This document shows positions 50,918 through 64,000 of a stretch of 64,000 bases of DNA, piece after piece. The first letter of the stretch is position 1. Each line of letters starts with the position of its first letter. Source of the DNA: the human T2T-CHM13v2.0 reference genome, Homo sapiens; the NCBI RefSeq assembly GCF_009914755.1, contig NC_060927.1. One strand, given 5' to 3'. Below the pieces are notes generated by a model that did no database searches, had not been told where the DNA came from, and saw only the letters and a list, made by a program, of their open reading frames with translations. The position numbers and the translations under genes are program-made.

Positions 50918-52619
50918 AAAGAGCGTGCTATGATAATACAATGGGAGAGGCTTCTGGGTCTATGCTTTTCTTATGGGCTGTTTAATATTACTAATTTAAT
51001 AGCTTTATTTATTATATACCTGTTCAGAATTTTGTTCTTTTTGAGCCGGTTTTAACAATTTGTGTCTTTTTAGAAATTTGTCCATCTCATGTAATTTGTT
51101 GGCATCCACTTTTTTATACCATTTCATTTTGTGTTATCGTTATGCATGATGCATCTACATTTGTAACAAGCTCAATAACACATCACTATAATTGCTAATT
51201 TATATAGTTTTATGTCTATTAGAGAAGCTGATGAGAAGAAGTAAATATATATTTATAGTGTCTGCTATATTCGCCTTTATTATTCCTTTGAATTTCATTT
51301 GCCGTCTGGTGTCATTTTCTTGTTCCAATACTACTTTGCCCCCAAATACCTCCTTTGTGTTGTTTTTGCCAAATGTATTATATTTTTGTATATGTTATAG
51401 GTTCAACATTGCATTATATGCTCCTCATTTTATACAATTGTTTTTTGAAATCATTTAAGAAATAAAGGAGAAGAAATACGCTATTTAAATATTTATGATA
51501 TTTTTGCCAATACATGATAATCTATACTATTACTCTATTTTTTGATGTGACTTGGAATTAATGTGTGGAGTCATCTGCTTTCAGCCTGAAGAACTTCTTT
51601 TAGTTTTTCTAGTTGGTTCTTTAATCAAAGAATTCTGTCAATTTTTGTTTTTCTGGGAATGTCTTTATTCACCTCTATTTTTGAAACATGGTTTTCCTAG
51701 ATATAAGATTCTTGGTAGATGTTTTTGTTTCAGTACTTTTCGAATGTTACCTCACTGCTTTCTAGCTTCCACTGTTTCTAATGAAAAGCCAGCTAATTCT
51801 TCTGTTAGGGTTTCCTTGTATGTAGTGAGTCATTTTTCTCTTGCTGCTTTAAAAATTCCCTCTTAGTCTGTGGTGTTTAGAACTTCTATTATGATGTGTG
51901 TGTAAGTGCATTTATCCTTCTTGGTATTTGCTGACTTTCTTTACTGTGTAGATTAATGTTTCTCATCAGATTTGGAAATTTTCAGCTAATATTTTCTAAT
52001 ATTATTCAGCTAATAATTTTCTAATATTATTTTCTGTTGCCTCCTTCCTCTGCTCTCCTTCCGATACACTCATTGTGCTTATGTGAGTGTGATTATGGTG
52101 CTCTACATTTCTCTGAATCTCTTTGTTTTTATCATTTATTCTCACTGTTCTTCAGATAACATAATCCATATCAATCCACTTAATACTTCACTGATTTTTT
52201 CTTCTTCCAGTTTAAATCTACTCTAGTAAATATTTCACTTTTGTTATTAAACTTTTCAATTTTGAAATTTCCAATAGATTGTTTTATAATTCCTGTCTCT
52301 TTATTAGATTCACTATTTGATGAGATATTATCATCTTAGCTTTCCTTACTTTTAAGGAAAAGTTTATTGTCCTGTTTATTTCTATGTCTCATAATTCTTT
52401 GTTGAAAGTATGATATTTTAAGTACTATACTGTGCTAATTCTGGATGCTGATTCTCCTCACTCTCTTCTGGAGTTGCTTTGCTATTGTTTGTTAATTGGT
52501 GAATTGGCTGGATTATTTTAGGAAAGTCTATTTCTCCATCAGTGTATACCTTCTAATATTGCCCCTCCCGGGGGGGTACAGCCTTAGGCATATGCACAGT
52601 CACCCAGAGATGACAGTAG

Positions 52620-52655
52620 GTTTTTTTTTTTTTTTTTTGAGACGAAGTCTCACTC
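52620..52655 (-). mobile_element. Extremely 5'-truncated Alu (17 nt plus poly-A)
   Basis: (T)18 gagacgaagtctcactc flanked by TSD gagatgacagtag at 52607-52619 and 52656-52668. Confidence 0.88.
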
Positions 52656-52999
52656 GAGATGACAGTAGTTTTAGCAGGATTCCCTTTGACTTTCTCTAAT
52701 CTTTTTGTTAAACTGTCTTCTTTGATATTACACTCATCTGTTAGGCTTCTCTAATTGCTGGCTGATTGCTCTATTGTTTTCAACAGAGCACCAGGCCTAA
52801 AAAGGATGCAATTAATCCTGGTCCAATTAAATCTAGATAGAGGTAGTTTTTGAGACTAATCTTTGGTATTTGTCCTGACCCCACAAAGGCTCTTCTTAGC
52901 TTTCTCTTTCCACAGTTCTCTTTGGTAAGCTAGCTGGCCTGTACTTTGGCTTTTTACCTGCTGTTCATTAAAAAAAAAAAAAAAAAAAAAAAAAAGTTG

Positions 53000-53332
<333 letters not shown>

Positions 53333-56300
53333 TCATATTCTTTTGTAAAACATTTAAAGAGGAAGATAAATTTATTTAAATCATGCCAACTTTCACAGGC
53401 ACATGAACACATATTCACAAAAACTTCCCCATCAGCCTCAAATTCTCCTTAAAATGAAATTTGTTGAGTTGGCAAACCCCTGAAAATGTCAATGGGGTTT
53501 CACTGACAAGATGGATATTCTCACATAATACTTGTGAAGCATTGAGAAAATGGCATTTATACATGGTTGGGTAAAAAAAACTGGATTTTGAACCATTATT
53601 ACTAGATTGATGTAGCAGGATTTTGGCATGTTTATCTTAGTGTTTGGAATGAAAAGAAGTTTGCATTAAAATTGTGAGAGTTTGGGAAATGAAAAAATTA
53701 AAAGAGTTTTTTTTTAAAGTATGACAAGGGGCTTAGAACAGGCTTTTGAGAAAATCTTCAAAGAAAATCTTCAAAATTGAGTCTATGACAGCTACGCTCT
53801 ATTCTCTGTCCTAGGGCTGTCTTTATGTTTCTTTTCCTTAGTGTGACAAGGATATTTTATAGGAGAAAAATCGTCCCACTATCTATCCCAGTTCAAGATC
53901 TATCTGTCTAGGGAAGTTTCAGAAAGATAGTCTGTCAGGTTACTTAACTGTGAGGAAAAGAAAATAGCTTAAATTCAGTTACATAAAGATGTGCATAGAA
54001 AGTGGTGTTTTAATAGTTGGTCACATATCATCCTGTCACCTAGGGCACGATGCAGAGGATGAGGCTGGTGGCCACAGCTGGAGCCTTGAGTATTTATGAG
54101 TTCGTATATGCATGTGTGTATATAAGAGGAAGGGTATGTGTGTATTGAAAATAGGAATAGAATGAGTGCAGAGAATCTAGAGGCATTAGACGACAACCGG
54201 AATGCCAACTCTGAAATGGTGTGGAGTAGAGAGGGTGAATTTCACTAGTTCCCTTTCCCCCGTTATTGAATGGGAAAGCTAAACTAAATGAATCATCCAC
54301 TGTTAGTAGACTTCATTAACCATCCTCCCCCTAGCTTTATAACCAAATCTCACTTACAAAACGCTATGTCCTACCTCTCTTAATCCCCAGTTCTTTATTT
54401 ACCTTCATCTGGAGAAGCACAAGTTGTTATTTTTTCTCCGTCAGAGACATTTGCAGCACACATATCAGCACTTTTAGACATCAGGTAGCATCTCTATCTT
54501 GGTTCAGCTGTCCTGTGTGCTTTTGTTATTCCCAAAGGTGCTGAGTGACCAAAAGCATGCTTTAGTGTGGTGCCTAACAGCCACCAAGCAAATGTCCTTT
54601 GGATTAGGACAATCCCCACACAACACCAGTATAGGAAAAAGCTGCATATGTGCTGCATTTCCACCTTTTATCCACAGTTCGAGTCCTGTATCCAATTTAC
54701 TTTCCGTATAGGTTTCTAAGTAAGAGATAAGCCAGATAAATTATCTAAATATTTTATTTCATCCTCTGGATTTAAATCACTTTCTCAGAAGAAAGATGCA
54801 GTGGCTTTTATGGCCTTCTCTTCAGCTCTACTTTTCGAGTAACTGTTAAATGGCTCCACCATGTGGTTGAAAAATATATTTTATTTACAGAAACCTAACA
54901 CTACAACAATAAAATTAATCAAATTAGTGTCATTTTATTTATTCATCCAGCAAATGTTAACCTAGCCTATTACGTGTCAGGCTATGTTCTCTGCACTGAG
55001 AACACTGTCAACGAAACTAATACAATCCCCGGCTCCTTGGATCTCATGATCACTGTTTATCTTTCCCATGGCTGAGTAGCAGACTATACCTAACATTAAA
55101 ATAATCATAAAAACACATCTTTTAAGTTGTTTTTATTAGATACAATAAAGCAAGATAAAATAGGCTTTAGTTATGGCTCTGTAAGTAACTGTAAAAATAC
55201 TTACTTTTCCTCTCTGGGACTCTGTTTATTATAGGTTGTCCTAGATAAATGGCCCCTAACCCTGATAATATGATAAAACAATGATGTATTATTTCTCACA
55301 GAAAAAAAAAAGCACATTCCAAAGTTTGTCTGCAAGGTTGGGGTGGGGGTGTTATAACCTCCTGAAATATTACTTACGCTCTGTATGTGTTCACATACAG
55401 GTAAAGTATATTATATATACCTATTGGAATAGATACTCTCTATATCCCTTCTACCTATAACAATCTTTGCTTCCCATGATCAGGAATAATTGATAAAAGA
55501 ATCAATTCCAGAAGAGAACTAGAGCTTATATTCAAGGCTCCTGTCTTCCAAACCTTCCCAACACATCAACTGAGTACTGTAGTTGCTGCACTATAGCCGT
55601 TTCACCTTACTGCTTCCTGCTACCTTTACTCAGGAAAAAAGTGCCACGTGAATGGGTGATCATAAAATGTATTGTGCAAACCAGGACAGTTTTGAGAGTG
55701 AAGTGGAAACCTGCACAAGTACCTATTTATCTTACAATTTTATTATAAAAAGTAAATTAGTTAAGGTGCTAAATGAGCACAGAATAGTGGTTGGCATATA
55801 ATAAGCACACTACACATGTCAGTCTTTTATCATGGACAACTAGCTATAGATCTCTCTACTTGTTTTCCTACTATTCCCTCTCTCAAACTCACCCTCCACT
55901 CTGCTTCCGAAGGTATTTTTGTAAAGTGCAAATATTCAGGTCCTTTCCCTCCTGAGAAGCCTGTCAATGGATTTTCCACTGCAAATGGAACACACGAATT
56001 CTCTTCTATTTGTTTCTCACTATATTCTCCCAACACTCCGCCTTTGATTCAGCCATAGCTCCTGCAAGCCCAGTCTCCTCCCTTCTACCTGCATGTATTT
56101 GAATCCAACCTTTGCTATTCTTCCTCCTAAATTTTACCCATCAAAATTCTCCTCATATTTTAAGTCCCTTTGTTCAGGCTCTTCTAGGTAATGTCAGACA
56201 GAAATTCGTCTTTCTCTATTTTAATAATTATATTAATTTTAGCTATCATTTATTAAACGTTTTTGTCAGGCACTATTCTAAGCTCTTTACATACCATTAC

Positions 56301-56564
56301 CTTTTTTTTGTTGGAAAGAGAGATCTAGACACATTTAACCATTGTTCAGTGCACAGAGTAGTAAGACTTATGATGGAAGTTAGAACTCTGTTCAATGCAA
56401 GGTAGAACACTATGGAAATTGAGCCTGTAGGCGCTGAAATAAGACTGCCAGGTTTCTAATTCTGACTCTATAATTTACTAGTTGTATGACTTTGGGCATG
56501 TCTTTTTTTGTTGTTCAATTGAAACTGAGTAAACTCAGTTTCTTTATATGTACAGTTCATAGTG

Positions 56565-56861
56565 ACAGTTGACTCAGGCCTGTAATCCCAGCACTTTGGG
56601 AGGCCGAGGTGGGCAAATCACCTGAGGTCAGGAGTTTGAGACCAGCCTGACTAACATGGTGAAACCCCGTCTCTACTAAAAACACAAAAATTAGCCAGGC
56701 GTAGTGGCGGGCGCCTTTAATCCCAGCTACTCGGGAGGCTGAGGCAGGAGAATTCGGTTGAATTCAGGTGGCGGAGGTTGCAGTGAGCTGAGATTGCACC
56801 ACTGCACACCAGCCTGGGCGACAACGCGAGACTCCATCTCTAAATAAATAAATAAATAAAT
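56565..56861 (+). mobile_element. AluS (Sx-like) with (TAAA)n tail, within a MIR
   Basis: Dimeric Alu sequence. Confidence 0.93.
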
Positions 56862-57996
56862 AGGATTGCTCTGGCACTTAAATTGTGAAAATCTGAAACA
56901 AAAGATTGGAATTATTTTTTGTTATGTTTCCCACAATGTATTCTCACTGTCAATATACATTGCCTACTCAAGAGAGGCACTTTTCAACTGTCATACAAAT
57001 ATTTCAAATATCACCATGGGGTTACATTGAATACTCACGAAAGGATTCATGGATGTTTCCTGGGTAAGAACATGAAAATAGCTAAAAACAAAATTCTGTC
57101 TTCAAAACGAAAACTTCTAAATTTAGATGCAGTCAGATATGGGACGCAGAGTTATGCTGACTTGATTGCCCCGAGTTGTGATTTCTTTAGATGACTCTTT
57201 GTCTTGCTTACAGTGTGTCCAATGTAACAACTGCATCCATTAAAAAAAAAAAAGATATAAAACAAGACTCTGAATTGATTTTCAAAGGTTACTAAGTCCT
57301 TCACAAACTCATTAAGAAGATGCTGAACAAACAGAAATGCAGTTGCTTAACAAATGTTTACGAAACTGCCTCATGGAAACAGCGTACTATGAAATGTCTT
57401 GCTATTTAGGCTGCAATAGGGCTTAAATATGGGAGGGCAGTTGGAGGAGGAGGGTGTGGGTGAAATCATCTCTACTATGGAGGGTAAGTCTTATGGTATA
57501 AAAATAAAGACAGAGTTCCGTGATTTTTTTTTCTCCTGATTTTTCCAAATGTTGGACCTTTCCTGACTCCATGCATATATACAGGTGGCAACATCAGGAA
57601 TAATTCCCAGTATGTTGTGAAGGATGAAAGCAGCACCTTCCAAGTGGTTTACATCCAGCTTTCTATAAACTCTCTTTTCTACAATGCCAGGGTAAACTTT
57701 TGCATAAAACCCTTGATCATGTTACACAACTCCTCAAAAATGCCGTTGCCTTTCAGTTAGGATAAAACTCTTCAGCCTGGCTCTCAAGGCTTTTCTCAGA
57801 ATGACTACAGCATTTCTCCTACATTCCTTCTCAGTAGCTTCCCTAATCACATCTCCATATTCTTCTCCTCCAACTTTAAGCCTTTGATTTTGCTCTTTTT
57901 AAAATCTGAAGTATACTTGTTGCTGTTTCCCAGCTTTTCCTGTGCTGGGTGGGTCAACTTCAGTAATAAAAAACGAATATCTAAATATCAATTTGA

Positions 57997-58128
57997 GGAC
58001 CAAATATGGTGGTTCATGCCTGTAATCCCAACACTTTGGGAGGCCAAGGTGAGAGGATCGCTTGAGGCCAGGAGTTTGAGACTAGCCTGGGCAATAGTGA
58101 GGCTCTGTCTCTACAATAAATAAATCAA
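57997..58128 (+). mobile_element. FLAM / Alu left monomer
   Basis: Single arm; 15-bp TSD taaatatcaa(t/g)ttga at 57982-57996 and 58129-58143. Confidence 0.88.
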
Positions 58129-58944
58129 TAAATATCAAGTTGAACTTTGTGAAATCACAATATTAGAAACAACAATTCAAATATTGGCAATTTATTAAGT
58201 TTCAGCATATTATTTTATAGCTCACAAAGCATTTCCAGAAACATTATTTCATCTTATTTTCATGATGACCGAGAAAAATGGGTAAAATTCAGTAATATTC
58301 ATGTGCATATTCAGTATCATTCAGATGAGAAGGAAAATTTGAAATCTTCTCTCCTGAAACCATATATTCCCATTTCAAAACTATGTGCTTTCCATAAAGA
58401 AACACTGTTACCTCTTCTGGGAAAACTTTTTCAATTTTTATAATTTGTATAATTTATTCTTTATATTTCTCCTTTATAGGTAATATCTATATCATATCCT
58501 TAAAATATATAAATGAAGAAACCCAGCTAAATATTAATAAATAATGCTGATTCCCACCACCTTAAATAATTAAATGCACCTTTATTTTCAAATTTTAATT
58601 TTGCCTAAATATTTCAGATACTACATAGTGCAATATATTTTGCATAGATAAATATTTCACCTACTCCTAAGGAAATTCAACTAGATAATATAATTAGGTA
58701 GCACATTTAGATCATGGAAGTAAATTAAAAAGATACCCGCAGAAGGCATCACCATCTATACTCTCTATAATATAGAGAGATTTTCTCAAGTCACACACTT
58801 CACCTTTGCTTTACAAACAGCAGTCTACAACACCAATGGCAAGTTACATTGAAAAATACTCACTGTGACTATATTTTCCACTTCTCAGAATCCTAGAAGA
58901 CTTTTACTGAAAGTGAAGATCTAAAACAGGCTCACAGATTTTTA

Positions 58945-61495
58945 TTTTTTCTGGGATTGATTTTTATAATTTTAAATTAGTTTATTGGGGTATAATTTTT
59001 ACTTACAATAAAATTCAACAATTTTAAATGTTCAACTCAATAAGTTTTCATAAATGTTTGCACTCTTGTAACCATCAACAAAATAATTGTATAGCATCTA
59101 TCCCTTCAAAAGATTCTTTGTAATTTTTTCAACCAATCATCTGGCTTCTGGCAGCCACTGATACATGCTTTCAGTCACTAGAGTTTTTAGTGTTCTGGAA
59201 TTTCATATAAATGGAATCATATAATATGTAATATTTTGTATCTGGGGTCTTTCACTTAGCATAATGCTTTTAAAATTCGCTTTTTTTTTTTTTGAGACAG
59301 AGTCTCGCTCTGTCGCCCAGGCTGGAGTGCAGCGTCGTGATCTCGGCTCACTGCAAGCTCCGCCTGCCGGTTCACGCCATTCTCCTGCCTCAGCCTCCCG
59401 AGTAGCTGGGACTACAGGCGCCCGCTAATTTTTTGCATTTTGTATTCTGTTCTTGTTCAAACTCTTTCTGCCTATTCTACAAAAAAATCTGAGATTTTGA
59501 TAGGAATTCTGTTGAATATATAGATCAACCAGGAAGAACTGATATCATAACTGTGTCAAGTGTTCTGATCCATGAACTTTTTATATATCTACATTTATTT
59601 TGTCTTTAAATTCTCTCGGCAATGTTTTTTAGCTTTAAGTGTACAGACCTTTAACATAATTTCTCAAATTAATCATAAATATTCGTATTTCTTGGTGCTA
59701 CTGTGCATTTTTCATTGCAGTTTCCAATTATTTCTTTCTAGCACAATGGATTTTTGTGTATCCGTCTATACCCTGCCACCAGCTAAATTCACTTATTAGT
59801 TCTGGTAGCTATTTTGTAGCCTTCTTAGGCTATGCCTCTTAGGCAACAAGGTTGTCTTTGGTAAAAGATGGTTCAAATTTAACTTTGCTCTCTGAATGTT
59901 TTTTAGTTCTTTTACTTTTCATACTGCACTGTATCTACCTCCACTGTAATGTTAAATACAAGTGATGAGCAGGCATCCTTCGCTTGTTCCTGATCTTATG
60001 GGAAAATCAATCTTTCTATTGCTGTTAAGTATGATGTTAAAAGTAGGTTTGTCATGGATATTCTTCATGAGATTGAAGAAACCTCCTCTCTTCTCAGTCT
60101 TGAACTGACATTAAACTTAGTCCAATATTGTTATGTGTCTCTTGAGATGATTGTGTTTTTGCTTTCTTTAGTCAGTATAAATGACAATCTACATTGATTT
60201 TTTTAAGTTAAAAATCCTTCTTAATTCCTAAAATGAGTTCAACTTGATCATAATCCTTTTCATAAATTGTCGAATTTGATTTGCTAAAATTTTCTTAAGG
60301 ATTCCTTCATCTATATGCATCTGGAATAGTGGTCTCTAGGTTTCCTTTAATGTCTTTCTCTTTTCAGTATTAGATTTATCTTGGCCTGTTAAAAGTTCAC
60401 TGAAGCTTTTTTTTTGTGCTATTCTCTGGAAGTTTGGGCTGACTGATATTGCTCCTTAAGTATTTGAAACAAACTGAAGTCATTTCGAACTGAAGTAAAA
60501 AGCCTCAGAAAGTTTTTAACTATGAATTTTATTTTGATTTTTTAACTGTAAGCTCAAAATGTTTCTAGATAAAAATTCAATTTTTAGTAGAGATAAGATA
60601 TTCATGTTTTGTATTTTTGTTGAGCGAGTCTTGGTAGTTTGTGTCTTTCACAAAATTTGTTCATTTAATCTCAATCTTTGAATTCATTGTCACAAATTTG
60701 TTTATAAAATTCCTTTATTTTCTTTCTAATGTCCATAGTATTGCCAGTGATATTAAATCCTTTATTCCTGATATCTGTGTTTTCTTCTCTTCATTTCTTG
60801 TTGGCTAAAAGTGTATTGATTTTATTGCTATTTGTATCAGCTCTTGTTTTCATACATTATATTAGTATTTTTGTTTTCCAGTTAATTGATTTCTTCTTTG
60901 ATGATTATTATATTCTTTATTTTGCTTACTTCATACATAATTTTAATCTTTCTAGTTTCTTGTGGTGGAAGCTTGTGCCATTTATTTTGGAACTTTTTCT
61001 TTACTAACACAAGTATTTTAATGCTGTAAGTCTTCCTCTACTTACTGCTTTGTTTTACAAATTTTTATGTTGTGTTTTTATTCTAATCCCATTTAGTATC
61101 ATATTAAATGATATCTGTGATTTCTTCCTTGATTCATGAGTTATATATAAAGGTATTGTTTGACTTCCAAATATTTAAGAACATGTCAGATATCTTCCAA
61201 AGAGATTTCTACTTTCATTTCATTATGGCCAGAGAATATATTTTTGTATGACTTAAAGACTCTTAAGTTTATTGAAGTTTGTTTTATGGCCAAAAATAGG
61301 TCGTGGTGAATGTTCCATGTGCACATGAAAAGCTTGGTATTCTTTATTGTGGGACAGAGTGACCTATAAAGGAGATTTTGGTCAAGTTGGTAAAGTTGTT
61401 CAATGTCTCACAATATTAAAATTTTCTGTTTCTATGTCATGTTCATTAGTTACAGAAAAGTCTGTAAACTTCAACTATCATTTTGGATTTACTTC
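58945..61495 (-). mobile_element. Old L1M (MC/MD/ME-like) 3'UTR and ORF2
   Basis: ctggaatttcatataaatggaatcatataatatgta 3'UTR; reverse ORF2 motifs to ~61.45 kb. Confidence 0.78.
59281..59440 (-). mobile_element. AluY right arm, 5'-truncated, no TSD
   Basis: cactgcaagctccgcc...ttcacgccattctcc; ends in the A-rich linker. Confidence 0.9.
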
Positions 61496-61497
61496 TC

Positions 61498-64000
61498 AGA
61501 TTCTCTTGCCAGCAGAATTCATCAAGCAGAAGAAAGAATGAATGAGCTTGAAGACAGGCTATTCGAAAATACGCAGAGGAGACAAAATAAAAAGGAAAAA
61601 GAAAGAATAAAGCATACCTACAAGATCTAGAAAATATCTTCAAAGGGGCAAATCTAAGAATCAATGGCCTTAAAGAGAAGGCAGAAAGAGAGATAGGGGT
61701 AGAACATTTATTCAAAGTAACAGAACACTTCCCAACCTAGAGAAAGTTATCAATATTCAAGTAAAAGAAGGTTCTAGAACACCACGCATATTTAACCCAA
61801 AGAAGATTACCTCAAGATAGTTAATAATCAAACCCCCAATAATCAACGATTTTTAAAAAGGACCCTAAAGGCAGCAAGAAAAGAAATACAAAGGAGTTCC
61901 AATACATCTGGCAGAAGACTTCAGTGGAATGCTTACAGGCCTGGAGAGAGGAGAAAGTGGCATGACATATTTAAAGTGCTATTTTTTTAAAAAAAAAAAC
62001 CTTTTACCCTAGGATAGTATATCTAGCAAAAATATCCTTCAAACATGAAGCTGAAATAAAGACTTTCCCAGACAAACAAAAGCTAAATGATTTCAAGAAC
62101 AGCAGAACTGTCCTACAAGAAATGATGAAGAGAGTTCTTCAATCTGAAAGAAAAGAAAGTTAATGAGCAATAACAAATCATCTAAAGATGCAACACTCAT
62201 GGGTAATACTAAGTATACAGACAAACAGAGATATCATAACACTATAATTCTAGTGTGTAAACTACATATACCTTTAATAGAAAGACAAAAAGAACCGATT
62301 AAAAATAATAACCACAACAGCTATTCAAAACACAGGCAATACAATAAAGTAGAAATATAAACAATAAAAAGTGTAAAAGCAGGAGGACAAAGTAAAAGCT
62401 AGAGTTTTTAGTAGTTTTTTCTTCTTAGTTTGTTTATGGTATTTGTGCTAAGTTGTCATCAATTTTAAATAATGGATAATAAGATAGTACTTCCAAGACT
62501 CATGGGAACATTAAATTGAAAAACTTACCGTGGATACACAAAACATAAAAAGCAATACATTAAATTATACCACCAAAGAAAATTACCATCCTAAAAGGAA
62601 GAGAGGAAGGAAGAAAGAGAAGACCAGAAAAGAAACAGAAAACAAGTAACAAAATGGCAGAAGTCAGTCCCTACTTATCAATAGTAATACTGAATGTAAA
62701 CAAATAAAACATTCCAATTAAAATAAATAGTGTAGCTGGATGGGTAAAAAACAAGGCACAGTGATCTGTTGCCTACAGGAAGCACACTTCACCTGTAAAG
62801 ACACATGCAGACTGATAATAAAGGGGTGGAAAAAGACATTCCATGCCAATGAAAACCAAAAAAAAAGCAGGAGTTACCATACTTATATCAGACCAAATAG
62901 ATCTCAAGACAAAAATCGTAAGAGACAAAACTTTCTTATATAATGATAAAGGGGGTCAATTCAGCATGAGGACATAACAGTTATAAATATATATGCACCC
63001 AACACTGGATCATCCAAATGCATAAAACAAATATTATAGATAGGGACATAGATTCCAATGCAATAATAGCTGGATACTTCAACACTCCACTTTCAATATT
63101 GGATATATCTTCCAAACAGAAAAATCAACAAATACCAGTTTTAATCTGCACTATATAACAAATGGACCTAATAGATATTTATGGAACGTTTCATCCAATG
63201 GCTACAGAATATAGATTCTTCTCCTCAGCACATCAATCATTTTCAAGGACAGAACTTACGTTAGGCCACAAAATAAGGCTTTTAAAATCCAAAAAATTCA
63301 GATTATATGAAGTATCTTCTCTGACCACAGTGGAGTAAAAACAGAATTCAATAGCACAAGGAATCTTGGAAACTATACAAACACATGGAAATTAAACAAT
63401 ATGTTTCTGAATAATCAGTGTGTCAATTAAAAAGGAAATTGAAAATTTTCTTGAAACAAATAATAATGGAAACACCACATACCAAAAGCTGGATACAGCA
63501 AAAGCAGTACTAAGAGTTGATGTCTTTAAGCACCTACATCAAAAAGCAGAAAAACTTCATTAAACAACAAGTAATGCATCTTAAAGAACTAGAAAAGCAG
63601 TAGCAAACCAAACACAAAATTGGCAGAAGAAAAGAAATAACAATCAGAGCAGAAATAAACAAAATTGAAATGAAAGCAATATGAAAGATGAATGAAGCAA
63701 AGTGTTGAAGTTTTGAAATAATGAACAAAATTGACAAAACTTTAGCCAGAATAACCAATAAATAAGGATGGAAGCCTTAAGTAAATAAAATCAGAGATGA
63801 AAAAGAAGACATTACAACTGATACCACAGAAATTCAAAGGATCATTAGTGACTACTATGACCAACTATATGCCAATAAATTGGAAAAGTTAGAAGAAATG
63901 GATAAATTCCTAGACACATACAGCCTACCAAGATTGAACCAGGAAAAAATCCAAAATCTGAACAGACCAATAATAAGTAATAAAATCAAAGCTGTAACAA
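61498..64000 (+). mobile_element. L1MA-type element (ORF1 3' part, inter-ORF, ORF2 5' part), runs off the window
   Basis: caagcagaagaaagaatgaatgagcttgaagacagg; endonuclease remnant ICCLQEAHFTCKDTCRLIIKGWKK; gaagaaatggataaattcctagacaca. Confidence 0.88.

Larger units (their letters stand above)
49540..52950 (-). mobile_element. Old L1M fragments (ORF2 parts and 5' end), rearranged
   Basis: tgtggttttgatttgcattttcctgatcattagtgatgttgagcatc; 5'/ORF1-like sequence at 51.5-52.9 kb. Confidence 0.7.

Noticed and set aside
61498-64000. Displaced copy of the segment deleted from the L1MA at 44.1 kb (starts at nearly the same ORF1 position)
   Set aside because: It extends past the other breakpoint and overlaps ORF2 sequence still present at 43.7-44.1 kb, so it is a separate element.

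Overview
This is a primate (most likely human or great-ape) nuclear genomic window. It is AT-rich and dominated by interspersed repeats: L1PA/L1PB/L1M LINEs, Alus, L2, MIR, MaLR and ERV-L LTR elements, and Tigger/hAT DNA transposons. I recognise no cellular protein-coding gene, RNA gene or CRISPR array. The long ORFs I can recognise are decayed L1 ORF1/ORF2/ORF0, Tigger1 transposase or ERV-L pol remnants, or translations of microsatellites and Alus. The main structures are a full-length but inactivated L1PA (14.26-20.29 kb) and a full-length Tigger1 split by two L1 insertions and an AluY (40.3-49.5 kb). The most interesting observations are: (1) an L1 3' transduction that carried in a 74-bp foreign sequence with a CTCF-like motif (36.2 kb); (2) a 77-bp locally templated insertion in AT-rich filler whose donor is bounded by splice sites (22.7 and 24.5 kb); (3) a possible gene-conversion tract between two L1PA copies 12.7 kb apart; (4) a twin-primed L1 with a ~1.4-kb junction deletion; (5) a 17-nt Alu with a TSD. 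Subfamily names come from recalled consensus features, not a database search. Boundaries of old elements are approximate.
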